Shown here: piece after piece, positions 39,991 to 48,407 of the stretch | Layout: each line of letters begins with the position of its first letter | Position numbering within the stretch: position 1 is the stretch's first letter | Assembly (NCBI GenBank): GCA_902567235.1 | Contig: CACFLX010000007.1 | Coordinates: 8,754-72,753 of the forward strand | Length of the DNA: 64,000 nucleotides | Source: an uncultured Pelagibacteraceae bacterium | GTDB taxonomy: Bacteria; Pseudomonadota; Alphaproteobacteria; Pelagibacterales; Pelagibacteraceae | Direction: 5' to 3' | The notes under the pieces: generated by a model | Seen by the model: only the letters and a program-made list of their open reading frames with translations | What the model was told of the DNA's origin: nothing | Databases searched by the model: none | Position numbers and translations under genes: made by a program

Positions 39991-41460
39991 ATGACTGATC
40001 TAGAAAAGCACGTAAATCAACCCGGTAGAGCGAAACTTGTTAAAAGAGTTAGAGAAAAAATTAATGAGTTAGGAATAACTTATATTTATTATCAATTTAT
40101 TTCAGTAACAGGACGTGTAGTTGGTAAAGGAATTCCCGCGGACCATTGGGAAAGAACTGCAGAAAAAGGTTTTCAATTGGTTTATGGGTCCACTGCTAAC
40201 TTATTTGTAGACAGACACAAAAATTATATCGGTTACGGCCCTGAAGCTATGGAGCTTGTTGGTATACCTGACCCTGAAACTTTCTGTCAATTACCTTGGG
40301 ACAAAAGAATTGGAAGAGTTTTTGTTACATGTTTTAGAAACAGAGAAGAAAGACAAAATCCAGGTGGTCATTTAACATCTGATTGTAGAGGTAACTTAAA
40401 AATTTTTATGGATGAATTTCAAAAAAAACATGGGTTAGAATTAAGAGTTGGAACAGAGCCTGAAATGATGTGGTTAACAAAAAACCCTGATGGAACCCCT
40501 ACTGGAGCAGGATTTTCTAAACCATACTGTTATCACATTGATCAATTTGAATCATTAAGACCTGTTTTTATGAAAGTAATTGAATACGCTTCTGCCATGG
40601 GTTTAGACATGATCCAAGGAGACCATGAAGATGCTCCAGGACAATTAGAATTAAACTGGACATACGATAATGTTTTAAGAAACGCTGATAGACTTTCTAC
40701 TTATAGACAAATTTGTGCTCAAGTAGCAAGAGAACATAATTTAATAGCATGTTTTATGACAAAACCGTTTATGGGTGTGTCTGCAAGTGGTTGCCATACA
40801 AATATGTCTTTATGGAAAGGTGGAAAAGTTGTTACAAACAAATTAGGTAATAAAAAATTACCTGGAGTAGAGGAAGTGTTTGGCTATGTACAGGGAGGTA
40901 CAAATACTTTTATGCCTGATACTAAAGATATGCAAATGCCAGGTAAAGTTGGCTTACAGTCTATTGCCGGAATAATGGAACACTTGCCTGCTTTAACTGC
41001 TTTAGGATCTTCAACAGTTAATTCTTATAGAAGACTTTGGGATCAAGGTTTCTGGGCTCCAGTTTATGCTGATTGGGGATATCAAAATAGAACTTGTGGT
41101 TTAAGAGTTTCTGCACCAGGAAGATTTGAGTATAGATCTGTGGACTCTATGCACAATCCTTATTTATTAGGTGCAGCTTTATTAAAAGCCTGTGATCACG
41201 GTATTTCAAAAAATCTAAAACCATCTAAGCCTGAGTCTAGAAGTATGTATGAGGCTAAAAAAGCTGGTAAAGATGTTAAAAAACTTCCATTAAGTCTAGG
41301 TGAAGCTTTAGATAGATTGTCAGAGGATGAAGTTATTAAATCTGCAATGCCAGACGAAATGTATAAAGTTTTCCATTGGTACAAAAATGATGAATGGGAA
41401 AAATTCTTAGGTGCAACAACTCAATGGGATCTAGATACTTATTTAGATTGTCTTCCATAA
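39991..41460 (+). CDS. Glutamine synthetase-like gamma-glutamyl-amine ligase
   Basis: 'GTEPEM', 'HEDAPGQLE', 'GCHTNMS', 'NSYRRL', 'NRT..LRV..GRFEYR'. Flap reads GFWAP rather than GYEAP. GGAGG RBS upstream. Confidence 0.85.
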   Translation: MTDLEKHVNQPGRAKLVKRVREKINELGITYIYYQFISVTGRVVGKGIPADHWERTAEKGFQLVYGSTANLFVDRHKNYIGYGPEAMELVGIPDPETFCQLPWDKRIGRVFVTCFRNREERQNPGGHLTSDCRGNLKIFMDEFQKKHGLELRVGTEPEMMWLTKNPDGTPTGAGFSKPYCYHIDQFESLRPVFMKVIEYASAMGLDMIQGDHEDAPGQLELNWTYDNVLRNADRLSTYRQICAQVAREHNLIACFMTKPFMGVSASGCHTNMSLWKGGKVVTNKLGNKKLPGVEEVFGYVQGGTNTFMPDTKDMQMPGKVGLQSIAGIMEHLPALTALGSSTVNSYRRLWDQGFWAPVYADWGYQNRTCGLRVSAPGRFEYRSVDSMHNPYLLGAALLKACDHGISKNLKPSKPESRSMYEAKKAGKDVKKLPLSLGEALDRLSEDEVIKSAMPDEMYKVFHWYKNDEWEKFLGATTQWDLDTYLDCLP

Positions 41461-41485
41461 TAGAAAAAGTAAAAGAAGGAAAATT

Positions 41486-42427
41486 ATGTGCGGAATAGCG
41501 GGATTAATTCATAGAGGAAAATCTTCAAATGTGGGTGAAGAGCTGCAAAGCATGCTTCAAGCTCTAAAGCATAGAGGACCAGATTCAACTGGATATGCTC
41601 TTTATGCAAATAACGATGGTCAAAACTTTATATTAAGATTTAAAGTAGGTGAAAATGTTGGGGAAGGAAGTAGTTCCGTAAATGAAGATGAAAGCGTTTA
41701 CAACGAAAGAAAAAAAACTGTAGATAAGAAACTTTCAGAATTGGGAGCTATTGTTGTTAAAGATGAAAAACTAACCCCATATTCTTATAGATATGAAATG
41801 AAATTTGATAAAGATCTAATGGATTTTTCTAAAGCTATTGAAAGTATTGAAAATGTAGAAATACTTTCAATTGGTAAATCTTTAGAACTTATAAAAGATT
41901 TGGGAGACGCAACTGCAGTGTCAGAAAGATATGGTTTAAACAAAGTACAAGGTACTCATGGTATAGGTCATGCAAGAATGGCTACGGAGTCTGGTGTAGA
42001 TATTAAATCAGCTCACCCTTTTTGGGGATATCCTTTTGCAGATGTTTCTGTAGTTCATAACGGTCAATTAACAAATTATTGGAATAATAGAAGAGTTCTT
42101 GAGAACAAAGGTATGCGTTTTATGTCAGAGTGTGACTCTGAACTTATAGCAGTTTTTCTTGCTGAAAGAATGAGAAATGGAGCAACCTTAGAGGAAGGTA
42201 TGAAAGAGAGTTTATCAGGACTTGATGGAGTTTTTACATATTTTGTTGCAACAAAAGATTCTTTAGGTATGGCCAAGGATACAATGGCAGCAAAGCCACT
42301 GGTATTATATGAGTCTGATGATTTAGTAGCTATGGGATCAGAAGAAATAGCAATTAGATCTATTCTTCCACAAGAAATAGATACTTATGATCCTTTTGAT
42401 GGAGAGGTAAAAGTATGGCAAACTTAA
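41486..42427 (+). CDS. glxB: Class II glutamine amidotransferase, N-methylglutamate synthase subunit A-like (GlxB/MgsA)
   Basis: N-terminal 'MCGIAG', 'HRGPDSTG', 'GHARMATES', 'HNGQL', 'DSE'. Confidence 0.85.
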   Translation: MCGIAGLIHRGKSSNVGEELQSMLQALKHRGPDSTGYALYANNDGQNFILRFKVGENVGEGSSSVNEDESVYNERKKTVDKKLSELGAIVVKDEKLTPYSYRYEMKFDKDLMDFSKAIESIENVEILSIGKSLELIKDLGDATAVSERYGLNKVQGTHGIGHARMATESGVDIKSAHPFWGYPFADVSVVHNGQLTNYWNNRRVLENKGMRFMSECDSELIAVFLAERMRNGATLEEGMKESLSGLDGVFTYFVATKDSLGMAKDTMAAKPLVLYESDDLVAMGSEEIAIRSILPQEIDTYDPFDGEVKVWQT

Positions 42428-43269
42428 AAACAGGTGATAAAAAAACAAAAGCCCAATCTATGGGCATGCACACTGAAGTTTTAACAGGAAAAACTCAACA
42501 AAAATTCTTTAACCCAGACGAAGCAGAAAATTTTTTCTATTGGGGCACTTATGATGTTGACTTCAATAAAAGAACAGAACTTGATGTTAAAGATATGGAA
42601 TGCAAAGAAGCTAACAGCAAAATTGATAGCTTAATGAGCGAAGGTTATGGAACAATAGTAATTAAAAACCCACAAGGTAAACATAGTTTGGGTGTTGGAA
42701 TATTAAATAAACTTAATTTAATTTTTGAAGGAAGTTTAGGTTACTTTGGTGTTGGTTCAATAGATGGACCAATGGTTAGGGTAAACGGGCGTGTTGGTTG
42801 GTCTTGTGCAGAAAATATGATGGCTGGCAAAGTGGTAATTGAAAAAAACGCGGGATCTTGTTTTGGTGCGGCTATTAGAGGTGGTGATTTAATTTGCAAA
42901 GGAAGCGTTGGTGCAAGAACTGGTATTGACCAAAAAGGTGGGACAATAATTATAGGTGGAGATGCAGGAGCTTTTACAGGATTTATGATGCAAAGAGGAA
43001 GAATTGTTATCTTAGGTGATGTGGGTATTAACCTTGGTGACTCTATGTACGATGGAACGATCTATGTTGGTGGAAAAATTGGTTCTTTTGGAAGTGATGC
43101 GGTAGAATCTCCTATGACAAAAGATGATATGGATTGGTTAAAAAGAAAACTTAAAGTAGCTGAGATTGGTGATAACTTCGATGTATCAAAAATGACTAAA
43201 GTGGTAGCTGGTAAAAAACTTTGGAACTATGATGCATTAGAGCCTACTGAAAAAAAAGGAGCTATATAA
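42415..43269 (+). CDS. glxC: GXGXG-domain protein, N-methylglutamate synthase subunit B-like (GlxC/MgsB)
   Basis: Repeated G-x-x-G beta-helix 'AENMMAG', 'GARTGIDQKGG', 'GFMMQRG', 'LGDSMYDG'. Confidence 0.85.
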   Translation: MANLKTGDKKTKAQSMGMHTEVLTGKTQQKFFNPDEAENFFYWGTYDVDFNKRTELDVKDMECKEANSKIDSLMSEGYGTIVIKNPQGKHSLGVGILNKLNLIFEGSLGYFGVGSIDGPMVRVNGRVGWSCAENMMAGKVVIEKNAGSCFGAAIRGGDLICKGSVGARTGIDQKGGTIIIGGDAGAFTGFMMQRGRIVILGDVGINLGDSMYDGTIYVGGKIGSFGSDAVESPMTKDDMDWLKRKLKVAEIGDNFDVSKMTKVVAGKKLWNYDALEPTEKKGAI

Positions 43270-44657
43270 TGGCAAAAAAGAAAAATGGAAAAGCTAACGG
43301 TCATTCAAATGGCAAAGGTGAATTTGCAAAAAGAAATAAAAGTTTATTAGGATATAATTCAATTTTTACTCCAGAAGTAATCGACGACATACATATTAAA
43401 GCTCAACTAGGAAGATACAGAATGCGTGGAATGGCTTTGATGAAAAAAATTCCAACATTTGATGATTTAGTATTTTTGCCAGGAACATTAACAAGATTTG
43501 TAATTGAAGGTTATAGAGAAAAATGCGAAACAAAAACTGTAATTGGTCCAAGATGCGAAAATCCAATTGAGTTAGATATTCCAGTTTATATAACAGGTAT
43601 GAGTTTTGGTGCTCTTTCTTATGAAGCAAAAACAGCTTTGGCCAGAGGTGCAACAATGGCAGGAAGTGCCACATGTTCTGGAGAAGGTGGAATGATACCT
43701 GATGAAAGAAGGTATTCTGAAAAATGGTATTACCAATGTATTCAATCTAGATATGGATTTAATCCTCATCATGCTCAGTTAGCAGATGGAATAGAAGTAT
43801 TTATAGGTCAAGGACAAAAAGTAGGAATGGGAGGTCACTTGATGGGTCAAAAAGTTACTGACCAAGTAGCTGAGATGAGATCTTTACCTGCAGGTATTGA
43901 TCAAAGATCCCCTGCTAGACATCCTGATTGGTTAGGACCAGATGATTTATCTTTAAAGGTTAAAGAGCTTAGAGAGTTAACTAAAAACAAAGTTCCAATT
44001 CAGTTAAAACTTGGTGCAGCAAAAGTTTACGATGATGTTCGTATGGCTGCAAAATGTGACCCAGATTCAATTTATTTAGATGGAATGGAGGGATCAACTG
44101 GAGCTGGACCTCACATCGCTGCTGCAAATACTGGTATCCCAGGGATAGCTGCGATTAGAGAAGCAAGAAGAGCTATTGATGATGTAGGAAAAACTGGAAA
44201 GGTAACACTTATTTATGCTGGTGGAGTTAGAGATGGTGCTGATATGGCAAAAGCTTTAGCTTTAGGAGCAGATGCTATTGCGATTGGAACTGGAGCTATG
44301 ATTGCTCTTAACTGTAATAAAGAAATTCCAGAGTCTAATTTTGAAAAAGAAATGGGTGTTCCTGCTGGTCATTGTTATCACTGTCATACTGGTCGTTGTC
44401 CAGTTGGTGTTGCAACTCAAGATCCAAAATTAAGAAAAAGATTAAATCCTGATGATGCAGCGTTAAGAGTGTACAACTATTTACATACAATGACTTTGGA
44501 AGCTCAATTGTTAGCTAGAGCTTGTGGTAAAACAAATATTCATTCTTTAGAGCCAGAGGATCTGGCGGCACTAACTATGGAAGCTTCTGCATTAGCAAAA
44601 GTTCCATTATCAGGAACAAATCATACAGTAGGAGTTGACGACTTTCATAAAATTTAA
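43269..44657 (+). CDS. glxD: FMN-binding glutamate synthase family, N-methylglutamate synthase subunit C-like (GlxD/MgsC)
   Basis: 'MSFGALS', 'SGEGG', 'GQGQKVGMGG', 'SPARHPD', Fe-S motif 'CYHCHTGRCPVGVATQDP'. Confidence 0.88.
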   Translation: MAKKKNGKANGHSNGKGEFAKRNKSLLGYNSIFTPEVIDDIHIKAQLGRYRMRGMALMKKIPTFDDLVFLPGTLTRFVIEGYREKCETKTVIGPRCENPIELDIPVYITGMSFGALSYEAKTALARGATMAGSATCSGEGGMIPDERRYSEKWYYQCIQSRYGFNPHHAQLADGIEVFIGQGQKVGMGGHLMGQKVTDQVAEMRSLPAGIDQRSPARHPDWLGPDDLSLKVKELRELTKNKVPIQLKLGAAKVYDDVRMAAKCDPDSIYLDGMEGSTGAGPHIAAANTGIPGIAAIREARRAIDDVGKTGKVTLIYAGGVRDGADMAKALALGADAIAIGTGAMIALNCNKEIPESNFEKEMGVPAGHCYHCHTGRCPVGVATQDPKLRKRLNPDDAALRVYNYLHTMTLEAQLLARACGKTNIHSLEPEDLAALTMEASALAKVPLSGTNHTVGVDDFHKI

Positions 44658-44665
44658 GGTTTAAT

Positions 44666-45079
44666 ATGGCTAAAAAGAAAAATAAAAAGAAAAAAATAAA
44701 AACTAAAGAGACAAAAGGCCAGTTAGGAAAAAAGAAAGAGTCGGCAAGAGAAAAAATGATAGGTCAAACTATCGGTTATCGTTACGATGTAAACTTGCTA
44801 CCTGATTATAAAAGACTAACTCCATTTTTAAAAAAATACATAGAAGCTATGGGATGGGATGATTTAAATTGGCTTGAAGATGTACATATGGGCTACGAAG
44901 AGGATAGACCTGCAGTTTTTGATAGAAATGCTAATGGATGGGTCACAATTCCAAAAAAAATTAAACTTCCAAATAATCAGCAAGATAGAGATATGATAGC
45001 AAGAGAACTTCTTGTAAAATTTCAAATGTCCCCTAATCACCCACTTGTTGATCTAAAAAAAGCTTACAGAAAATTCTAA
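44666..45079 (+). CDS. Hypothetical protein with Lys-rich N-terminus
   Basis: Starts 8 bp after glxD. Aromatic/acidic core 'MGWDDLNWLEDVHMGYEE'. Confidence 0.7.
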   Translation: MAKKKNKKKKIKTKETKGQLGKKKESAREKMIGQTIGYRYDVNLLPDYKRLTPFLKKYIEAMGWDDLNWLEDVHMGYEEDRPAVFDRNANGWVTIPKKIKLPNNQQDRDMIARELLVKFQMSPNHPLVDLKKAYRKF

Positions 45080-45229
45080 GTATCTTAATTAATTAAATCT
45101 ACTGTAGGTTGTGTAATAGTATTATAATTCAATAAAATTAAGCTTTTTTATTCTTGAGATAACTTTTCTAACATCTAGAATCATACATAGTTAGTTTAAA
45201 TTAACAAAGAAAAGTAAAGGAGGAAGGCA

Positions 45230-46630
45230 ATGACTGATCAACTTACAGCATTGACTACCATATTTACAGAGTTCTACTACTGGATAACAGTGGTACTTAT
45301 GTTCCTGATCCACGTAGGTTTCTGTATGTATGAAGTTGGAGCCTCTAGATATAAACATCACCAACATACATTAATGAAAAACACAATGCTAATACCTTTG
45401 GTAACAGTTACGTGGTTTTTATTTGGTTGGTGGATTTATTGGGCGTTTCCAACTGGACCAGGTTTAGCACCTTCTATAATGAATGAAAGTGCGGCATTGA
45501 TTACAGATGAATCTGCATTTAGTGCAGCTTGGTATGTGCCAACTAGTGATTTAATGGGAACAAACTTGAATGACCGTATCAGCGGTGTATTCTGGGCTGC
45601 GTTCTTATTATTCTCATGGACTGCTGCCTCTATCGTTTCAGGTGCGGTAATTGAAAGAATTACAACATTTGCATTCGGTATTTTAGCAATAGCAATTGGT
45701 TCAGTTTTCTGGACAATTGATGCTGCTTGGGGATGGCATTTCGATGGTTGGATGTTAAAAATATTGGGATATCATGATGCATATGCGTCAGGAGTTATTC
45801 ACGCAGTAGCAGGAGGATTTGCTCTTGGAGTTCTAGCTGTATTAGGACCAAGAATAGGAAAATTCTCTCCTAGCGGTGAACCTAGAAATATAGGACCAAG
45901 AAATCCATGGTTAGTAACTATTGGGTTATTCTTAATTTATACTGGTTTCTGGGGATTCTACGCAGCATGTAATATACCAATTTTTGATCTAGGACCTGAA
46001 TATGGAATGGAAGGAGTAACATTCTGGACAGCAACTAACATTTACGTAACACCAACAACGTTAGGTGCAATCACAATGAACTTCTTGATGTCGTTATCTG
46101 GAGGTTTAATGGCCGGATATCTTATATCTAAAGGAGATCCTTTCTGGACATACTCAAGTGGACTAGCAGGAATAATATGTGCTTCTGCAGGAAATGATTT
46201 ATATCATCCAATTCAATCATTCATAATTGCTATGGTTGGAGTATGGGTAGCATACAAATTGCATTACTGGGTTGAACGTAAGTTCAAAATTGATGATGCA
46301 GTTGGTGCTGTTGCAGTACATGGTTATGCCGGTGTCGCTGGACTTATAATTTGTGGTTTTGTTCTAAACGGATATCCTTCATCAGGTTATAGTGTAGGAG
46401 CTATGTGGGTAGGAACAGACTACGCCCCAATAAATCCTTTAGGAATGTTTATTGGTGCAATAATTATGTTCGGTGTACTTGGTTTCTTGCCAGGATGGAT
46501 ATTAGCTAAAATACTTCAAGGAATGGGCAAACTTAGAATTCCAAAAGAAGTAGAATTGGCTGGTCTAGACTATACAATAATGGAAGATGCAAAGAGCGAT
46601 GAAAAAGCTGTTGCGTCATCCTCAAGGTAA
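45230..46630 (+). CDS. amt: Ammonium/methylammonium transporter (Amt family, divergent)
   Basis: Multiple TM segments, 'IVSGAVIER', 'SGVIH', 'LGPRIG', 'IDDAVGAVAVHG', 'ELAGLD'. AGGAGG RBS upstream. Confidence 0.92.
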   Translation: MTDQLTALTTIFTEFYYWITVVLMFLIHVGFCMYEVGASRYKHHQHTLMKNTMLIPLVTVTWFLFGWWIYWAFPTGPGLAPSIMNESAALITDESAFSAAWYVPTSDLMGTNLNDRISGVFWAAFLLFSWTAASIVSGAVIERITTFAFGILAIAIGSVFWTIDAAWGWHFDGWMLKILGYHDAYASGVIHAVAGGFALGVLAVLGPRIGKFSPSGEPRNIGPRNPWLVTIGLFLIYTGFWGFYAACNIPIFDLGPEYGMEGVTFWTATNIYVTPTTLGAITMNFLMSLSGGLMAGYLISKGDPFWTYSSGLAGIICASAGNDLYHPIQSFIIAMVGVWVAYKLHYWVERKFKIDDAVGAVAVHGYAGVAGLIICGFVLNGYPSSGYSVGAMWVGTDYAPINPLGMFIGAIIMFGVLGFLPGWILAKILQGMGKLRIPKEVELAGLDYTIMEDAKSDEKAVASSSR

Positions 46631-46642
46631 AGGAGGAAACAT

Positions 46643-46864
46643 ATGGCAACAGTTACAAATTGGATAGATCACCTTAGCGCTGCTGAAGTGCAAGGACCGG
46701 TTTACCCTGGTGTAGGAACTGAAGGAATTTTGGTTCTTATTCTAGTGGTACTTTGGATAGGTTGGCATTTCATTTCGAATATGCAAGAGAAAAGCAAATC
46801 GGAAGCAATTGCTAGAAGAAGACCTGGTTCAAATGACTGGAAAAGCAATGTTACCGATGGGTAA
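46643..46864 (+). CDS. Small single-pass membrane protein (73 aa)
   Basis: Strong RBS aaggagg directly after the amt stop. One TM segment 'GILVLILVVLWIGWH'. Confidence 0.75.
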   Translation: MATVTNWIDHLSAAEVQGPVYPGVGTEGILVLILVVLWIGWHFISNMQEKSKSEAIARRRPGSNDWKSNVTDG

Positions 46865-46873
46865 TTAAAATTA

Positions 46874-46908
46874 AAATAAAGGGCGCATTTAATTATGCGC
46901 CCTTATTT
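46874..46908 (+). terminator. Rho-independent terminator after amt and the small protein
   Basis: aagggcgcat (46879-46888) / atgcgccctt (46895-46904), followed by attt. Confidence 0.75.
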
Positions 46909-46911
46909 ATC

Positions 46912-47070
46912 ATGGACGAAAAAAAATCAGAAAACATTAATAAAACACCCGAAAAAATGTCAAGGATTGCTTGGCCAAAAGCAAAGTATGGCCTTATCGT
47001 AGCAATAATAATAATTGTGGTAGTTAATCTAATATACTACAAAGATAAAATTATAAATTTATTTAACTAA
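46912..47070 (+). CDS. Unannotated 52-aa membrane microprotein
   Basis: Hand translation: MDEKKSENINKTPEKMSRIAWPKAKYGLIVAIIIIVVVNLIYYKDKIINLFN*. One TM segment. Ends 8 bp before gmaS. Confidence 0.55.
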   Translation: MDEKKSENINKTPEKMSRIAWPKAKYGLIVAIIIIVVVNLIYYKDKIINLFN

Positions 47071-47078
47071 AATTATTT

Positions 47079-48404
47079 ATGGCAAAAGATCTTTCTAAAT
47101 TAGCAAAGCAAAAAAAAATAAAATATTTTTTAATAAGTTTTGTAGATTTATTTGGAGTTTTAAGATCAAAACTTGTTCCTGCTCAAGCAATTAAAGAAAT
47201 GCAAAAAAATGGAGCAGGTTTTGCAGGTTTTGCTACGTGGTTAGATATGACGCCCGCTGATACAGATATGTTTGCAATACCTGACCCTGATAGTTTAATT
47301 CAATTACCATGGAATAAAGAAGTGGGATGGTTAGCATCAGATTTATGGATGGATGGCAAACAAGTTAAAGCATCACCTAGAGTTATGCTTAAAAATCAAA
47401 TCAAAAAACTAGATAAAATAAATCTACAAATGAAATCAGGTGTTGAATGTGAATATTTCCTAATTTCTCAAGATGGCTCATCTATTGCAGATAGTAGAGA
47501 TATTCAATCTAAACCTTGTTACGATCAATCCGCTCTAATGAGAAGATATGAATTAATTAAAGAAATATGTGACAGTATGATTGAATTAGGTTGGAATCCT
47601 TATCAAAATGACCACGAAGACGCGAATGGTCAATTTGAAATGAATTGGGATTATGATGATTGTTTAGTTACTGCAGATAGACATGTTTTTTTTAAATTTA
47701 TGGTTAAAAGTCTAGCAGAAAAACATGGATTAAGAGCAACATTTATGCCCAAACCTTTTGAAAATTTAACAGGTAATGGTTGTCACGCTCATGTTTCACT
47801 TTGGAACGGAAAGAAAAATAAATTTTTAGATGAAGGAGATAGATATGGTTTGAGTAAAACTGCATATCATTTTGTTGGAGGGATATTAAAAAATGCAAGA
47901 TCTTTATCTTCTTTATTTAATCCTACAATAAATAGTTACAGAAGAATAAATGCACCTGCTACAAAGTCTGGAGCTTCATGGTCTCCAAGTAGTATTTCTT
48001 ATACGGGCAATAACAGAACTCATATGATTAGAATACCTGATCCAGGAAGATTTGAACTTAGATTAATGGATGGTTCGGCCAATCCATATCTTTTGCAAGC
48101 CGGGGTTATTGCGACTGGATTATTTGGATTAAATAATAAAACTGACCCAGGAGAACCGTTAACTTGCAATATGTATACCGATTATAAAAATTATCCTAAT
48201 TTAGAAAAATTACCAAATGATATCGAAGAATCTCTTGATGAGTTAGATGAAAGTAAAAACCTAAGAGAAGCTTTTGGTGATGATGTGGTAAATAGTTATT
48301 TAAAATTAAAAAGAAAAGAAATAGAAGATTTTGATCAAAACGATAGCTTTGACAAAAGAAGTCCTGTCACAAATTGGGAAAAAAATAATACTTTAGATTG
48401 TTAA
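47079..48404 (+). CDS. gmaS: Gamma-glutamylmethylamide synthetase (GlnT-like)
   Basis: 'YFLISFVDLFGVLRSKLVPA', 'GAGFAGFATW', 'SKPCYDQSALMRRY', 'QNDHEDANGQFEMNW', 'SGASWSP'. Confidence 0.88.
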   Translation: MAKDLSKLAKQKKIKYFLISFVDLFGVLRSKLVPAQAIKEMQKNGAGFAGFATWLDMTPADTDMFAIPDPDSLIQLPWNKEVGWLASDLWMDGKQVKASPRVMLKNQIKKLDKINLQMKSGVECEYFLISQDGSSIADSRDIQSKPCYDQSALMRRYELIKEICDSMIELGWNPYQNDHEDANGQFEMNWDYDDCLVTADRHVFFKFMVKSLAEKHGLRATFMPKPFENLTGNGCHAHVSLWNGKKNKFLDEGDRYGLSKTAYHFVGGILKNARSLSSLFNPTINSYRRINAPATKSGASWSPSSISYTGNNRTHMIRIPDPGRFELRLMDGSANPYLLQAGVIATGLFGLNNKTDPGEPLTCNMYTDYKNYPNLEKLPNDIEESLDELDESKNLREAFGDDVVNSYLKLKRKEIEDFDQNDSFDKRSPVTNWEKNNTLDC

Positions 48405-48407
48405 ACA

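Noticed and set aside
39991-41460. Calling this glnA
   Set aside because: Lacks the Glu flap (GFWAP) and sits in an amine-catabolic operon.
41486-44657. Fragmented gltB pseudogene
   Set aside because: Three intact, coupled ORFs match the naturally split GlxBCD/MgsABC architecture.
45080-45229. Riboswitch or sRNA upstream of amt (also checked 1241-1303, 16498-16629, 29950-30051, 39920-39990)
   Set aside because: Short and AT-rich, with no recognisable glycine, SAM-V, THF or guanidine riboswitch consensus by eye. An Infernal/Rfam scan would be decisive.
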